From Camelus ferus (lineage: Eukaryota): a stretch of 64,000 nucleotides of DNA. The notes beneath the pieces are model-generated. The model made no database searches. It saw only the letters and a list, made by a program, of their open reading frames with translations, and had not been told where the DNA came from. The position numbers and the translations under genes were made by a program. The stretch is taken from positions 21,888,001 to 21,952,000 of the forward strand of contig NC_045697.1 in the NCBI RefSeq assembly GCF_009834535.1. Reading direction: 5' to 3'. How positions within the stretch are numbered: position 1 is the stretch's first letter; every line of letters starts with the position of its first letter. Positions 49,701 to 64,000 of the stretch are shown in pieces.

Positions 49701-51899
49701 CCCAATATGTATTTTAAAGACATGGAAGGGGAAAAAAAAAAAAAAAGATGAGGGCAAAGGAAATGGCAAGAGAAGATGAGAGGTGACATATCACAGGTAA
49801 GTGTGACATAGAATAGAAATAAAATCAGAAAAGCCCAGAGCTAGATCACATCCGTTGAGTCAGTTGGGATCTGATGAGGACAGAGGAACACCTAGCAGCC
49901 TCACTTCTCCACTGTGGGAAGATTTGCTTTAGCGACTGCAGACGCCTTACCATATCTGAAATCTTTCATTTTTACTCTGCTCTGACTTGTCAAACAGTAC
50001 TTCTGCTTTCTGTGGCAAGTGCCTCTCTGCATTTTCACTGCCCTTGAAGAAAGACACTCATGATGCCAGAGACATCAAATTCCAGTCAAGCTTGCTCCTG
50101 GAATTGGAACACATGAGCATTTGGTTTTAAGATCAGTCAGTAGGTTTCCATTAGAGTGGACCATCACGGAAGCCAATTTGGTAGATGATCATAAATTGCA
50201 ATCTCATTAGATAAGTTTATCCCTGGATGATATTTAATAATCATGAAATATCATTCTGTCTTTTTTACTTAAAAATGCCAATGACAGAAAAGGGAAGAAA
50301 GAGGATTAGGCTTAGAATGCATTCTAATGCATTCTGTATCTGTGTGACACCCCTACATTACCAATTGGCTTATTATTTATCAAAGCAGCACACACACACA
50401 AATCATGTCCACCAGGAACAAGCTAGAAAATACACTTTGCAGATTTGGAGCATTAACCATATTGTGTCTTTATAATGTTAAAGTTTAGGACAGTCTTTAT
50501 CAGGAAAGTTATTTTAGATACTGTATGCAAAAAAAAGAAGACATTTTCTTGATCATAACTATAAACACCATCTTTTATAAATATTAACATAGAGTGTTAC
50601 ATAATAAATTTGATAAAAAGTAATTTTTATTTTCAGCTTTTCTAAGAAAAAGTCTCCAAGAGTTTTTTCCCTTAATACAAAAACATGGTGTTCTTACAGA
50701 TCTTTAAAATGTACACATTGTACTGGAGTCAAGGGGTCTGCTGCAGGCTAGAAAATGATGAAAAGCAATTCTAATAAATTCTATTTGCTTATTGTACTGT
50801 CTTTCTTCATGTTTTTAATTTATATGTTTACACAAGAATCTTTATTACATTCATGTCTTTTAAATGTTCTAAAAAATAAAAACAGCAATGGTAGTGTTTA
50901 GTGTTCCTCTAATTTTTTATATATGATTTAGTTTCTAAATCTAATCATTCTTCTTCGATATTTTAAGTCCTATCTTGTGTCTCAGTCTTTACCCCCAGCA
51001 CTCGTTATTTTTCCTTCTCAGAGTATTGTGATTATGACTAAGGGTTACTTCTGGTTTTGGTGATATCTCTTAAATGATGGCCAAGAGCAAATTGACTATT
51101 TTCATTCCATTCCTTATTTAGGACAATATAAATCAAGCTGCTTCTGGACATAGTTTTCTCTAAATATATACTCTTTAATACTTTTGACATGTCTCCATTT
51201 GTACTTCAATATATTCACAAATAAACATGTATGTTTGTGCATATCAAAGTACAGTTTAACAAAAGATCTTTATAAAAATAATAAAATTTATATAATTAGA
51301 TGAAAAATTACCCATAAACTTTTATGCAGAGGGATTTCTAAATTAAAACAGCTAGCAAATATTACAATTAAATAGAAAAATACTATCTTTTCAAAGAGAA
51401 ATCAACACAAATTGAAATATGCCAGAACTTACCTGGCTTATAACTTCTAGTTCATGATTGGTCTTTTTACTTGTCACATTACCCCATGCATTTATTCTTC
51501 TGTAGTTGTACACCATTAATATCATTAATTGATATATATTGTTGAATTTTTGTATGCTTGCTTAGTTTTCTTTCTCCATTTATTTGTGGTATCAGTTGTG
51601 CTGCTTACTTGAATGAACAAATGGTGATAATAACATATATTGCTCACTATCTCTGGGCCAGCACAATTCTAAGCACTTTATGTAGATTTTATTTTTTATT
51701 CTTCCCATAGCTGATTTCTACTCATTTCCATTTTATAGATAAGAAATCTGAGACACAGAGAGTTTGCATAACTTGGCCAAAGTCACAAAGTTAAGCCACA
51801 AAAGATTCAAACTCCAATGCTTCAACAGTTAGTTAATAACCAAGAGCTACCATAATGACTGTATGTTTGACATGCAGAGAGTTGAAAATTATATGTAAT

Positions 51900-52455
51900 A
51901 GAATTCTATTTCTGCATAACGTGATACCCAAAAACCTAGTAGCTTAAATCAACAAAATGAATTATCTCACAGTTTCTCTGAGTCGGGAAATTTGGAGTGG
52001 TTTATCTGCTGCCTCTGGTTCAGGATCTATCACAACAGTGCAGTCAAGGTGTCTTCTTGGTCTCTGGTCTCAACTGAAAATTCGGCTGGAAGAAGTGCCT
52101 CTTCTAGTGAGCTCACTCACATGGCGATTGGCAGGTCTCAGAACATCTAAGCCTAACCATGTAACTGTAGGCAGGCGTAAGGTTCTTGGTGAGTATTGGC
52201 CAGAGATGATAGTTTCTGTCCATTTGGGCCTCTCTGTGCAATTACATCATGGCAGCAGTTTCCCTCAGAGACAGCAAAGGAGAGAGCAAGAGATAGGCCA
52301 AGTGGAAGCCACAGTCTCTTCATAACCTTATGCTGGAAGCGACAGCTATCACGTTCACCATAAGCTGTTTATTAGAAGTGAGTCACTGGACCCAGCCCAC
52401 GCAAGGAGAGGGGACTACATGAATACTAAAAGGCAAGGGTAATTGGGTGCCATCT
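51900..52455 (-). mobile_element. MaLR LTR (MLT1F/G-like)
   Basis: tagtagcttaaatcaac...ttatctcacagtttctctgagtcgggaaatttggag...gggtgccatcttagaggcagtctacca. Confidence 0.8.
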
Positions 52456-54951
52456 TAGAGGCAGTCTACCAATCATAGGATCTCTATTTTGATTTATTTA
52501 GAGTCTGGTACAAAACAGTAATGACTTCAGCAAATCACAGCTGCTAATTTTCTCATCAAGCTCATGATGATAATAACCTATCTGACCAAAGTCCTGGGGC
52601 TATTCAGGGGATAAAAGAAAAGTCACAGATATGAAAAGTTAAGAGCTTAATATAAATATGACTTTACTATATTATTATTTTTCAAAGACAAGGGATTATG
52701 ACTAACTCATTTTGATTAGATCAGATCTCTTCTCCATTTATTTCCTCATTATACTGCACATCAATGCTAAATTTCATTTTCATCTTATATCCATAGATAT
52801 GCAAATAATCAGCAAAAATGTGAAATGGCCAAAGGAAAGAAAACTAATATTTATGGAGCCTAACTCATGTTGATCTCTGTGCCGGACATTTTATATACAT
52901 GAGCTCATTTAAATCCTCACAATTACTTTCTAAGGGGGTAGCCCCTCCATTCCTTTTATAGGATACTGACTCTTAAAGAAGGAGTACAGCTAATGATCAG
53001 AGAGAGTAGCTCTATTTTTCCTTTCACCTGTTCTCCAAGGCAAGTCCATAATAGGGTCTTTATTTTGCCCCATTCAGAATTTTAGAGGTGTAATAACCTT
53101 ACTAATCTTGATCATTTTTGTTTTACCTCCAGGCAATACCATAGCCAAAAAAATATATCCATCTATCATTTTCTTTAAAATCTCCAGAGAAAGCAACCTC
53201 CTTGTTTAACATATCACATCATACTGGTTCAGTGCCTTATGTGCCTGGCTCAGTCTTCCTTATGTTGGCTTTGCATGTATTTATATCCTAAAGTTTGATC
53301 AGAATGCCTCAACAACAGAGATAACACATTTTGTAAAGTATGAAATAATGAATCTCTCTCATTCTCTCCCTTTCAGGTATGCACACAACATACATACTGT
53401 GTACACTCATTTGCATGCACACAATCATTGGATGATTGGCATCAATATAGTCTGTCTGGGAACTACATATATCAACCAAGTCCAATGATTGTGATATAAT
53501 TTGACATTTCTAAGGGTCATCTTTTTCATAATTGCCTTCAAAGCTACTTTTATGCACCACAAATTCATCAAAATAAGAAATGCAACTTATTGTTTGAATA
53601 AATGTAGTACTGTCCAGACCTATCACGTATTTAATTCACATAAGAAGGCTCTGAATGTCCATTTCTAGTAATCAATAGCACCTTCGAAGGACGATAGGAA
53701 TAGTCCCAAGTTTGCTGAAGAGGAAATCTGAGAATATTCAGACTATTGCGGTATCGTAGGAGTAATTACACAACTTCTCAGTGTGACAGATTTGAAGATA
53801 TTTGCACTTATTAGATGGTAGGTTCTGATTTGCTAGCTTTCAGAGAGAAGTCTTTAACAATTTTACATTACATTATAGCTAGCCTTATCCTAGGAGAGTG
53901 CTATTCTCCATGAGAAGTAAAGGCATGGACTCATTCATACTAAAATTAAATGTGTGATTTGTGTGTGATTATATCTCACGCTGGTTAAGATAAAATTAAT
54001 GAAATTACTTGGGTCACTTCTTATACCTCTTCACTTCCCATAATTCCTTGTGAATATCTAGGCACAAAATAGGTAAATAACATGTATTTAAATTAAATTG
54101 TATGTGTGAAACTGACTACTGATGAGCTACTCTGGCATTTTCAGATGATACATCCCAAATTTTGCCATAACAATCAGTTAATTGCAAGAAGTTAATTGCA
54201 AGATGAAAATCACTCTCGAATAAGCTATGTATTTTAATGCTTCCTTTGAATAATTGCTGAGTCGAGGAGAGCATGAGGCAGTGTAATGGAAACAGATTAC
54301 TGGGTAGATACTTTTAAAAGCCATGATGTCTGTATTTATATCTCATGATGCTTTTGTTAAATGTTTACAACAGTAAATAATCTGAGTTCAATAAATATTA
54401 TTGGTCATTTAAAAAAACACAATTCTTGCTGCAGAATTTTACTCAATGGGCTGAGTGGCCTTGGTACAGTTGTTTTGCTTTAATATGATTGAGTTTCCTC
54501 TTTGAAATTGGGAACCCCAAAATCACAGAGTGTAAGTTCTGTAAGTGACCTTAGAGACATCTCATTAAAATCCTACAGTTTACAGATCGAGAGGCTATAT
54601 CCATCAGAATGGGCTGCATTGTGCCACTGAAGCAAACACTCCCTAAATCTCAGGAACACAAAACAACAAGTGTTTATGTCCCACTCCTGCAAATACTGCT
54701 TACTCAAGGTTTGGGTAATGATCCTGGGCATCTGTATTAAATAATTTAATAAGGCTACAATTAATTAGGTCCTAAAATCTCATGTATGCATTTTTTCAGT
54801 CTTGTCACCCCTAAATCCCATGATCAGTTACTGAATTGAACATTTACTATAGTGGACATTACCAAGGATGACCAGGGAATCTTTGTATATTCTGCTTGTT
54901 GGCTAACACTCTAGGCTGCTTTAATCTCACGATGCATATATATTAACATGT

Positions 54952-57900
54952 TGTGATGATTAATTTTATATGTCAATTTGATTGGGGCACATAGTGCCCA
55001 GGTATTTGGTCACACATGCTGGGTATGTCCATGAGGATGTTTTGGATGAGATTAACATTTGAATCAGTAGACTGAGTGAAGCAGCTTGTCCTCCCTAATG
55101 TGGGTAGCCCTCATCTAAACCACTGAAGAACTGAATAGAATAAAAAAACTGAGTAGCAGGGAACTTCTGTCTTAGTACTTAAATTGGGACATTGATTTTT
55201 TCCAGTCTTTGGACTCAGACTGAAATGTTAGCTTTTCCTGGGTCTTGAGCCTGCCAGCCACAGATTTCTCAGCCTCCATAATCACTTGAGCCAATTCCTT
55301 ATGATTTCTCTCTCTTTCACAAATATATGTATACACTATATATATAGTGTGTATGTATGTATATAAGTATATGCATATATCCTGTACCTTATAGTTTTTG
55401 GTTTTCTGGAGACTAACGTAATACAGATGTTGGTACCAACAGTAGTTCTAGAGGAACAGAATTTTAAGGATGAATTTTCTGAATTGATTCTGAGGTTTCT
55501 GGAATTGGCTCTCTAATGTGATTAGACGTAAAGATGCTAATGAATTTGTTTGCAGTGAAAGAGAGGGTACTGATAGTCCATGGCATGATCTGGCACTAGA
55601 GACACGTAAAATGTCATCACTGGATACTCCTAACCAACCACTTAGGAAAAACAAGGACCTCGGTGACGTTGTATTTGATACTTTTGAACATTCTTGGTAA
55701 ACTGAGTTGTATAATGAGATTGGCTGGTTGCTCCTATTGTAGCTGGATATAGTGGGGGAAATAAGGATGGGCTCAGAGGTTCATATTCCCAGCTCAAGTG
55801 CCAGATACCTGACCTGAAAGTTTCTATATGTGACCTCAGGCAGACTCTTGTCTCCTGTAGTTGCAATGCTGAGATGGCTGAAAATTAAACAAGGAATATC
55901 ATCCTGTAGCTGGCTGAATTACAATTCAAGTTGAATTCCCAGCTTCTCAGGGTGTCTCCTGTTAAAGTGAAGGCATTAATTGGGAAGGAATTATATCCTG
56001 ATGTGACCTCAGCTGCCCATTGTGAGCTGAGTCTCATAAAGGTGGGTGTGCACGGCAGCATTCCAAGTGGTAGGCACATGGTCAAACCTGAGCAAACCCC
56101 GAAGGCACGAGTAAGTTACATGAAAAAGTGGCCCAAATGCTCATGGTCCCCACTCCTGCTACCCTGCCTTTTCTCTCTGTCTGCCTCTCTGGCCTCATGG
56201 GGAGTTTCCTACAGTCAGCTGACAGAGGAAGAGAACACATGGGCCTGGTTTACGAGTGATTCTGCACAATATGCAGGCACCACCCGAAAGTGGTTGACTG
56301 CAGCACTGCAGCCCCCCATGGGACATCCCTGAAGGCCAGTGGTGAGGGGAATCATACTAGTGGTCTGAACGTCAAGAGTGCGTGTGCTGTTCACCTGGCA
56401 TGAAAGGATAAACAGCCAGAGGTACGGTTATAATGATTCATGGGCTATGGCCAGTGATTTGACTGGATGGACACAGACAGGGAAGGAATATGACTTAGAA
56501 ATTGGTGATAAGAAAATTTGGGGAAGAGGTATGTAGACAGGCCTCTCTGAGTAGGCAAAAATATGAAGGTATGTGTTTCCTATGTGAATGTTCAACAAAG
56601 GGTGACTCCAGCAGAGGAGGATTTTAATAATCAAGTGGATAAGATGACCCTTTCTGTGACACCAATCAGCCTCTTTTCCTAGCCACCCCTGTCATTACCT
56701 AATGAGCTCATGAACAAAGTCACCAATGGTGGCAAGGTTGAAGTTTATACATGGACTCAGCAACATGGACTCCCATTCACTAAGGCCAACCTGGCTATAG
56801 TCATGACTGAATACCCAATCTGCCATCAGCAAAGTGCAACACCATTCCTGAGAGTGATCACAAGCTACCTGGTGACAGGTTCATTTCACTGGACAGCTTG
56901 CATCATGGAAGGGGCAGTCTCTTGTTCTTACCTGAATAGATTTTTGCTCTAGATACAGATTTGCCTTTTCTGACTGCAGTGCTTCTGCCAAAACTCCCAC
57001 CCATCAATGTACGGAATGCCTTATCTACCATTGTGGTATTCCACTCAGCATTGCTTCTGATCAGGGGTCTCACTTCACAGTAAGAGCTTAGCAGTGGGTT
57101 CATGCTCATGGAATTCACTGTTCTTATCATGTTCCTTGTTGGGAGAGGCAATCTCATGTGTGCAGTCTTTCTACCCCCGACTTGGCCACCTAAGAATGGG
57201 CCTTGGGCCTGGAACACTTCCTTACCAAGAGATAAAGAGCCCACACAGCTTGTCCCAGGCTTATCAACTTGTGTGGGAGTATCTTTCACTGTTTCTGTCT
57301 CAATGAGAGTTGCTTTGTTCTGCTTAGGCGTGCGTATCGATGGCCCTCAGGCAGAACCCCACCTTTTAGTATTCCAGACTCCATGGAGGAGGGATCGGTC
57401 CTTCTACTGAAGCATGAGTGCACCTAGCCAAATGGTCCTTCTGCAGCTGCTTGTGGAAGGATGATGAGGGGATGAGATGGAGCATGCTAATCATAAGAGA
57501 CCAATGCACACTACTGAAGCTGATCTTGCTCTGTCTCTTCTCTATGTGAGTAAAGCCTTTGTCCCATCCAGAGCTTGACTGTGTTGTGTTTTCCTTGGCA
57601 ACTCTGATATTAAGATGCAGTGGACAGAAGTATTTGGACTTCTAATCCTTTGGGCTGGTGTTGTGATGATCTTTGCTCTTCTCCCACATAGTTTAAGTCC
57701 TCCCTTGGCATTAGTTAAGTGTACAAAGTGTTTTGCTGTACATTTCCCACACATCCTGGAGCAGCTGGCTTGATAAAACTGTGAAATGGCCTTTTGAAGA
57801 CTCAGTTATAGTGCCAGCTGGGTCACAGTATCCTCAAGGGCTGGGGAAACATTCACCAGAAGAAAGTATATGCTCTGAATCAATGTTCAACACATGGTGC

Positions 57901-58552
57901 TATTTCCCTGATAGCCAGGATTCCCAGGAATCAAGAGGTCAGGAATCAAGCCAGGAATCAAGGGGTAGAAATTCAAGTAGCACCACTCACTGCTAACTCT
58001 AGTGACCCACAGAAAAATGTTTGTTTCTTGTTCCCACAAACATTTTTCTGGGTCTGTCTGTGAGGGTGTTTTTGGTTAAGATTAACATTTAATCAGTAGA
58101 CTGAGTAAAGCAGATTGTCCTCTTTCATGTGGGTGGGCCTTATCCAATCAGTTGAAGTCCTGATAGAACAAAAAGACTGAGTATGAGGAAACTTCTGACT
58201 GCATGAGCTGGGACATTGTTTTGTTGTTGTCGTTGTTGTTTTTCAGCCTTGGGACTCCGACTGAAACATCAGTTCTCAGGTTGAGCCTGCTATATTTCAG
58301 GCTGAAATTTATACCATGGGCTGTCCTGGTTCTCATGGGATTAGAACTACACAGTGACTCTTGGATCTCTAGTTTGCAATTGCATATCTTACTATTTTTC
58401 AGTCTCCATAATTGTGTGAGCCAATTCCTTATAATTTCTCCCTCAAATGACAGATAGTTAGAGCTATCTATCTATCTATGGGAGAGAGAGAGAGAAAGAG
58501 AGAGTAGAATGTCAGTTGTATATATTCTGTTTCGCTGAACAATGTTAATATA
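54952..58552 (+). mobile_element. Deleted ERVL provirus: MLT2 5' LTR (54952-55425), gag/pol remnants, truncated MLT2 3' LTR (~58046-58552)
   Basis: tgtgatgattaattttatatgtcaa LTR start; taataca-gatgttggtacc LTR/internal junction; pol remnants WGVSYSQLTEEE...AWFTSDSAQYAG and WTQQHGLPFTKANLA; the second LTR shares gattaacattt...atcagtagactgagt. Confidence 0.9.
57137..57742 (+). mobile_element. Solo LTR (MER54/73/74-group-like) nested in the ERVL integrase region
   Basis: tgttgggagaggcaatctc...agtaaagc...gtaca interrupts the ERVL sequence cttatcatgttcc | cacacatcctggagcagctggc. Confidence 0.7.
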
Positions 58553-59098
58553 ATGTTAAGGAAGAAAAGATGGGGAATTGTTTGCTGTCTCTCAAATACC
58601 TCCACCAGGGAGAGATCCATATCATTTCCACTTATATATCCTTGACCAAAGCAATTCACAATGGCCACCCTAACTTCTAAATATATGGATGTGTATTCCT
58701 TCCTATGTGTGAATGTCATCAGGAATGCACTTTGGTGAATAAGGAATGATGACTATCACAGTAATTCTGTCCACTAATGAAGAAGCCACTCCTAGTTTGT
58801 AGTTGAGTGCAGTTCTTGTCACATTTCTTGTCCATCCTTCAGGCATGCTATGAAGGTCAAAGCCATAATGGAAGATGGGGGAATCAAAGTAAGAACACAA
58901 AGCAGAAATATACAAACAAATTTGAGAGGTTTATGAATATTTACCCATTGGACTCTTTATTAAATAAGTTAATATGTATAAAAAGCCTAGAATTGTCCCT
59001 GGTATAATATAAGTGCTTAGTTAATATTACCAACTGCTCTTAATCATTGTTCCAAAAATGGTGCTCTACTAACAAAAATTAGGTGATCAATAACCCCC

Positions 59099-59470
59099 AT
59101 TGAAATTAGACTTACCATGTGATCCATCAATCCCACTCCTGGGCATATATCCAGAGAAAAACAAAATTCAAAAAGACACATGCACCCCAGTGTTCATAGC
59201 AGCACTATTTACAATAGCCAAGACATGGAAACAACCCAAATGTCCATCAGTAGATTACTGGATAAAGAAGATGTGCTGCATATATACAATGGAACACTAC
59301 TCAGCCATAAAAAAGAATAAAATAAATAATGCCATTTGCAGCAATATGGATGGACCTGAAGACTGTCATTCAGAGTGAAGTGGGCTGGAAAGAGAAAGAA
59401 AACTGCCATATGACATCATTTATATGAAGAATCTAAAAAATAATAACAATAATGATAAGGACACAAATGA
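59099..59470 (+). mobile_element. L1 fragment, ORF2 C-terminus plus start of 3' UTR
   Basis: LPCDPSIPLLGIYP...TCTPVFIAALFTIAKTWKQPKCPS is the L1 ORF2 C-terminal motif. Confidence 0.95.
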
Positions 59471-60594
59471 CCTAATTATTATTTTGATTTCTTGACTGTC
59501 CTTTATGATTGGACTACTGCATTCTATTGATTCTTATTTTGTAGTTGGCTTTATTCCTTTGATAACTATGTAAGTTTAAAAAGCTAAAGATCTAATCTGT
59601 TCTTAGAAACAATAATTAGTACAGATATGAAAACTAAAAAAAAAAAAAAAAAAAAAAAAAGAAATCCTTAAAGAGAGCCTCCTTTTGAAAGCACCGGGAT
59701 TATGATAATTGTGACCATATTGTGGCTCATCACACTATAACATTATTACTGTGGTGTGGATCACAAAGATAAAGAAAACATTACAGTAAAGCAGAAATGA
59801 AATCTCAATGAATGGAGTTTTTCCATAAATACTGATTATGTGTCATCTTTGGAAATAAAACTCCTTGGACTGAATATTTCCTTCAAAACAGTCTAGATTA
59901 AATGAAGGGCCCTTGCAAGTTTGTTACCGTTGCTTTGATCTGAATAAAGGAGGAGGTACATTTAAATACAGCCCTATTTTGTGTTTCAGTCCAGAGAACT
60001 CTGAGCAGACTGTCAGTTAAAATCAGCTACACTAAAGACAGATTTTTACAAGAGAGAAACATATAAGATTAATTAAATAAAGTATATAAGCAAGAAAGGT
60101 GTGTCTGCTTATGGGTAAAACTGCATAAACTAATTAGATCAGTTCTTCATTATAATATAAGGTATTATTTATAATATATCAGAGCAACGGTTTTCAAATA
60201 TGAATGAACTAAATTGGATCCCCCAGCCTCAGTCACTTAATAGCTATGATATCTCTTCATTACCTAACCTTCTTAACCTCCTTAAGTTTCAGTGCCCTCA
60301 TCTTACTCTGGATAAAATAATCCCCATAATCTAGTAACTTCATAGGGTTATTAGGAAACTTAACCTCCTTAAGCCTCCATATCCTCTTCAATGCTACATG
60401 GAAATAATCTCCATGATGTAATAACTTTATAAGGATATTATATTAAACTGTAATCTTCAAAAATTAAATGATAACCTTATGGAGTGTGTTAAGAATGGTG
60501 TCTGGCACACAGATGAGCCACAATATGATAACAATTATCATTATTAAATCTAATACTGACATTCAGCATATGTTAAATTTGCAAACAGAATACT

Positions 60595-61100
60595 GATGTT
60601 CCAGCCATCTATTGCTGGATAACGAACACCCTGAAATTTAGTGGCTTAACACAGTAAACTTTTATTAATATCTCACCCGTATCTTGTGGGTCAAGAATTT
60701 GCTCAAGGCTCAGGTGCTTGATTCATTGGCTCTATATGGAGTTAACTGTGGTGTCAACTACTCAGTGGTATGTAGTTGTCAGATGGAGAGGACAGGAGGG
60801 TCCAAAATGCCTTGACTCGCACGTCTAGTGCTTTGGAGGGGATGATTGAAAGTCAGGGCCCAGCTGAGACTGTCACCTGCAGTGCCTACATGCCACGAGG
60901 CCTTCCCAGCGTGATGGTCACAGGATAATGGACTTCTCACGTGGCAGTTTGCAGCTTCCACGAGAGTGCTCCAGATGGAAACTGGCATGGTGTTCCTTCC
61001 ACTGCATCCTGTTGGTAAAACCAGTCACAGACTCTGCCCACATTCAAGGAGAGGGAACAGAGAATCAACCTCTCAGTAAGAGGAATGACCATGTTTCCAA
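60595..61100 (-). mobile_element. MaLR LTR (MLT1H-like)
   Basis: ctattgctggataac...ttagtggcttaacacag...gtgggtcaagaatttg...gggtccaaaatgccttgactc. Confidence 0.75.
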
Positions 61101-61374
61101 GGTTACTATAATGACCATCATTACAAGGTCCACTAGCAGTTCTTTGTGTCCTAATGAAAGTAGCCCATCGCTATGTATAGGGATTATGTCATGTGACGTG
61201 GGGTATACTTGGGCTAGAGCTTTTGGGATGTGGAGCCTTCCACATGGAGTTTAGCAACATCTGTTCCATCTGTGCATTTACATATTGCAGTGGCTCCTCT
61301 CTCACATGTAATATGAAGTACGGTATTTTTCAGTATTGTCACTATGCTCATGAAGTTGATATTTCAGAAAAGAC

Positions 61375-61560
61375 TTCAGAAAACTTTTCCTGTTAAGGAC
61401 CAGATAGTAAATACTTTAGGCTTTGCCAGCCACATGCTATGACTCTTTTTTGATTGTTTTTAACATCCCTTTAAAGCTGTGGGGAAAAAAAAATCATGGC
61501 ATAGGGGCCATACAAAAACAAACCGAGGGCCAGATTCGGCTCACAGGCTGTATTCTGCAC
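61375..61560. mobile_element. MER58-like hAT DNA transposon
   Basis: aaacttttcctgttaaggaccagatagtaaatactttaggctttg...gggccagattcggctcacaggctgta. Confidence 0.75.
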
Positions 61561-62281
61561 TAAACAAATGAAGAGCAGTACAAGTGTAAATGGCTCCAAT
61601 TCTAAACTCTGAAAATGCATACAAAGTAGAAATGAAGATCCTGCAAAGTCTAGGAAATTCAACCCTAAGTCTTCAGAGAAACATTAGGAAAAATAGGGGA
61701 AAAATAACTTTTATTAAGAATTTAATTTGTTCCAGGCAGTGTTAGGTTGTCTTATAAAATGATCATGTTTCCTCCTCACAACAACCTTAAACGTGGCTTA
61801 TGGTCCCCATTATATAGATAGTATTAACATATGAGCTATTTAAAGGCAAGTATTGGATTTTACTTATGTTCAAAATCTAACACAAAGGTAGATGTAAAAT
61901 AGAATTTAAATACATGTTGGATGAATTGAATCAAATGAGAAATATCAGGGCTCAGGGGGGTTCATCAGAATCACAGAGGCTCAGAGTGGAGGTCTTGAAT
62001 TCAAAGCCAGTTTAATTTCCCAATACTTCTTCCAACTCTTTCTCATCATGCTGCCGCTTTGGCAACTTCTGGCACCAACAATCTGGTCCAAAAATGATTT
62101 GTTATAGCACTACGATTATTGTCCTTAGGAAAATATCATTAAGCAGCATTTACCTATAAATTACGGTATGTAAAGTCTTAGTATGTATTTTGCAGAACTG
62201 AATTTATGATTTGGGGAAATCTTTGATGTCTCATGTTTTACTCACTTAAACCACTATATATGCTCTTAACTATTACAAGCA

Positions 62282-62853
62282 AGGACAGAATCAAGTTTTG
62301 TAAGGCCTAAAGTTTATGTCATTTCGGTGGTCTTTCTTAAGAAAATGAATATAAAATAAGATACAAAGATAGTTACCAACTAAATACTTCTTTACATAAA
62401 GTATAAGAAATTCCACAATTTACAAGTCAGCTGAATAAAAAGAAAAGTATTGCAGTGTCTCCCCCAAACCCCAAACCTATCATCTAATTAATGGGCTGAT
62501 ATATGTCTATAATACTTCTTCTTGAAACTTTTGGTATGACTAAAACTTTGGTATGAAAAAAGATACACAGAATCAACCTGAAGTTGACACATAGAAGAGC
62601 AGTGGAAATAGATTTTTTCTATGTTGTACTGTATCAAGCTTCATAATTGTGTAAACACAACATAGTTTGACATATTGATGAATACTTGTAAGAGTTTGTC
62701 TCTGAAACATTTGTTTCTTTAGGATCTCTTTACTGCATTGGTGGATACAGAGTGTGTCATTTCATGTCCAAGTGCCAGACTTTGTCAAGAGAATATGTGT
62801 CTGATGCCCTAACTCTAATACACTGGGATGCAGAAGTCACCCAACTACACACA

Positions 62854-62890
<37 letters not shown>

Positions 62891-63480
62891 CTCTCTCTCT
62901 CGATCTGTTTGCAGTACTGTGTATATTTATACCTTCAAACAGAGGGATTCTGATAAATTCTGTATTTGTACAATTTCTGCTTAGAAATTTCACACACACG
63001 TTCCAAAGAATCATGTGTTTTTAAATGTATCTTCTGCCTTATTCAGTTCCTGACAAGAGAGAATTTTTGTTTTAATTAGACATCAGTGAGAAGCATATTC
63101 TTGATTTGGAATTTTATGCCTAATAATTGGAAGAACTTTCTATAGATGTGGTTCTGGCTCAACACACTTAAGCCTTGACTCTACTTTACCACCCATATAT
63201 TTCCAGGAAGCCATATAAGGGGATATTCCATCACAGTAGAACTGTGCCAGGGCAAGCTGGCACAATGGATGTCAAATTCTTGGAAGACATTCTGCACCCT
63301 GGTTGTTAGAAATAACTTACGTATAAATAAAAGAGACTGCAAATTCATAAAAGTACATCTTAACACACCCAAATTAAATGTATCCCCGTCTCAATTTCCC
63401 CTTAACTAGATCCCCAACAAGAAGTATGAGAGGAAATTGAAGAGGAAGGAAGCAGTGTTCTTAACCTTACTCTTGCGAAT
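62282..63480. mobile_element. Probable old hAT-type DNA transposon remnant containing a (CA)n(CT)n microsatellite at ~62847-62901
   Basis: Terminus gttttgtaaggcctaaagtttat...tctttcttaagaaaatgaatataaaat resembles hAT ends; subfamily not resolved. Confidence 0.45.
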
Positions 63481-64000
63481 TTTAAAAACATGTGACTGTG
63501 CAACCACATTATTGCACCCTCCACACCCCCAAGTCTTGGAAGAGGTGGGTGCAAGTGAGAGACCCTGAAAGCTGAAGCTCCACTAGCATCACACTGTCTG
63601 AGTCTGCCCAGAAGAGTAATTCAGAAACTGAGGAACACTGGCCAGGCTGACCAGGACGCCTAAAGAGAATAACTTTGGGGAGTTGAAGGCAATATTGGTT
63701 TCCAGACCTTTGCAAAATACTGTCTTTATAGGGCAAAATCAGACAGAAACTGGAAGACTGCCTTAGTTTCAGTGACACCTTTTTTTAAGTGTATCACGTT
63801 TTTCTCTCACCCTCTCTCCTATGTTTTAAATAAATCTGTTTTACAAGAAATAGAAGCAAAGCTTCCCATTTGTTAGATGAAAAAGGAAGCTTTATATCCA
63901 ACGTCATTGAAAAGGCAGGGTAGGTACTATTTCCTCCAAATAGGCATGATCAGGCTAACAGAGAGAAACAAGGAAACACTCAGAAACAGAAAGATCTAGT

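Noticed and set aside
1..64000. CRISPR arrays, operons, rRNA or other prokaryotic systems
   Set aside because: The sequence is mammalian; no regularly spaced repeat-spacer structure or gene-dense region was seen.

Overview
Mammalian genomic DNA, AT-rich and repeat-dense. It is most likely camelid, judged from a camelid-type tRNA-derived SINE at ~32.1 kb and camelid-type L1 3' ends. I found no intact protein-coding gene, and the ORF-track entries are repeat-derived, spurious or fragments of a dead gene. The main signal is on the minus strand of the left 23 kb: a decayed, intron-containing gene that starts in a CpG island at ~22.7-23.35 kb and runs towards position 1. About 14-15 exon candidates can be traced by AG/GT(AAGT) splice sites, and several consecutive exons join in compatible phase while carrying many stops and frameshifts. 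The recovered peptides resemble, in order, the PARP-like (DUF3715), SPOC and C-terminal DomII/PIN-like regions of the HUSH scaffold family TASOR/TASOR2 (TEX15 shares the first domain). That comparison is from remembered sequences, not a search. The best reading is an unprocessed pseudogene of a divergent, possibly undescribed extra TASOR-family paralog. The right 40 kb is intergenic and holds MIR, L2, L1, MaLR, solo ERV LTRs with target-site duplications, hAT elements and a deleted ERVL (MLT2) provirus with a nested LTR.
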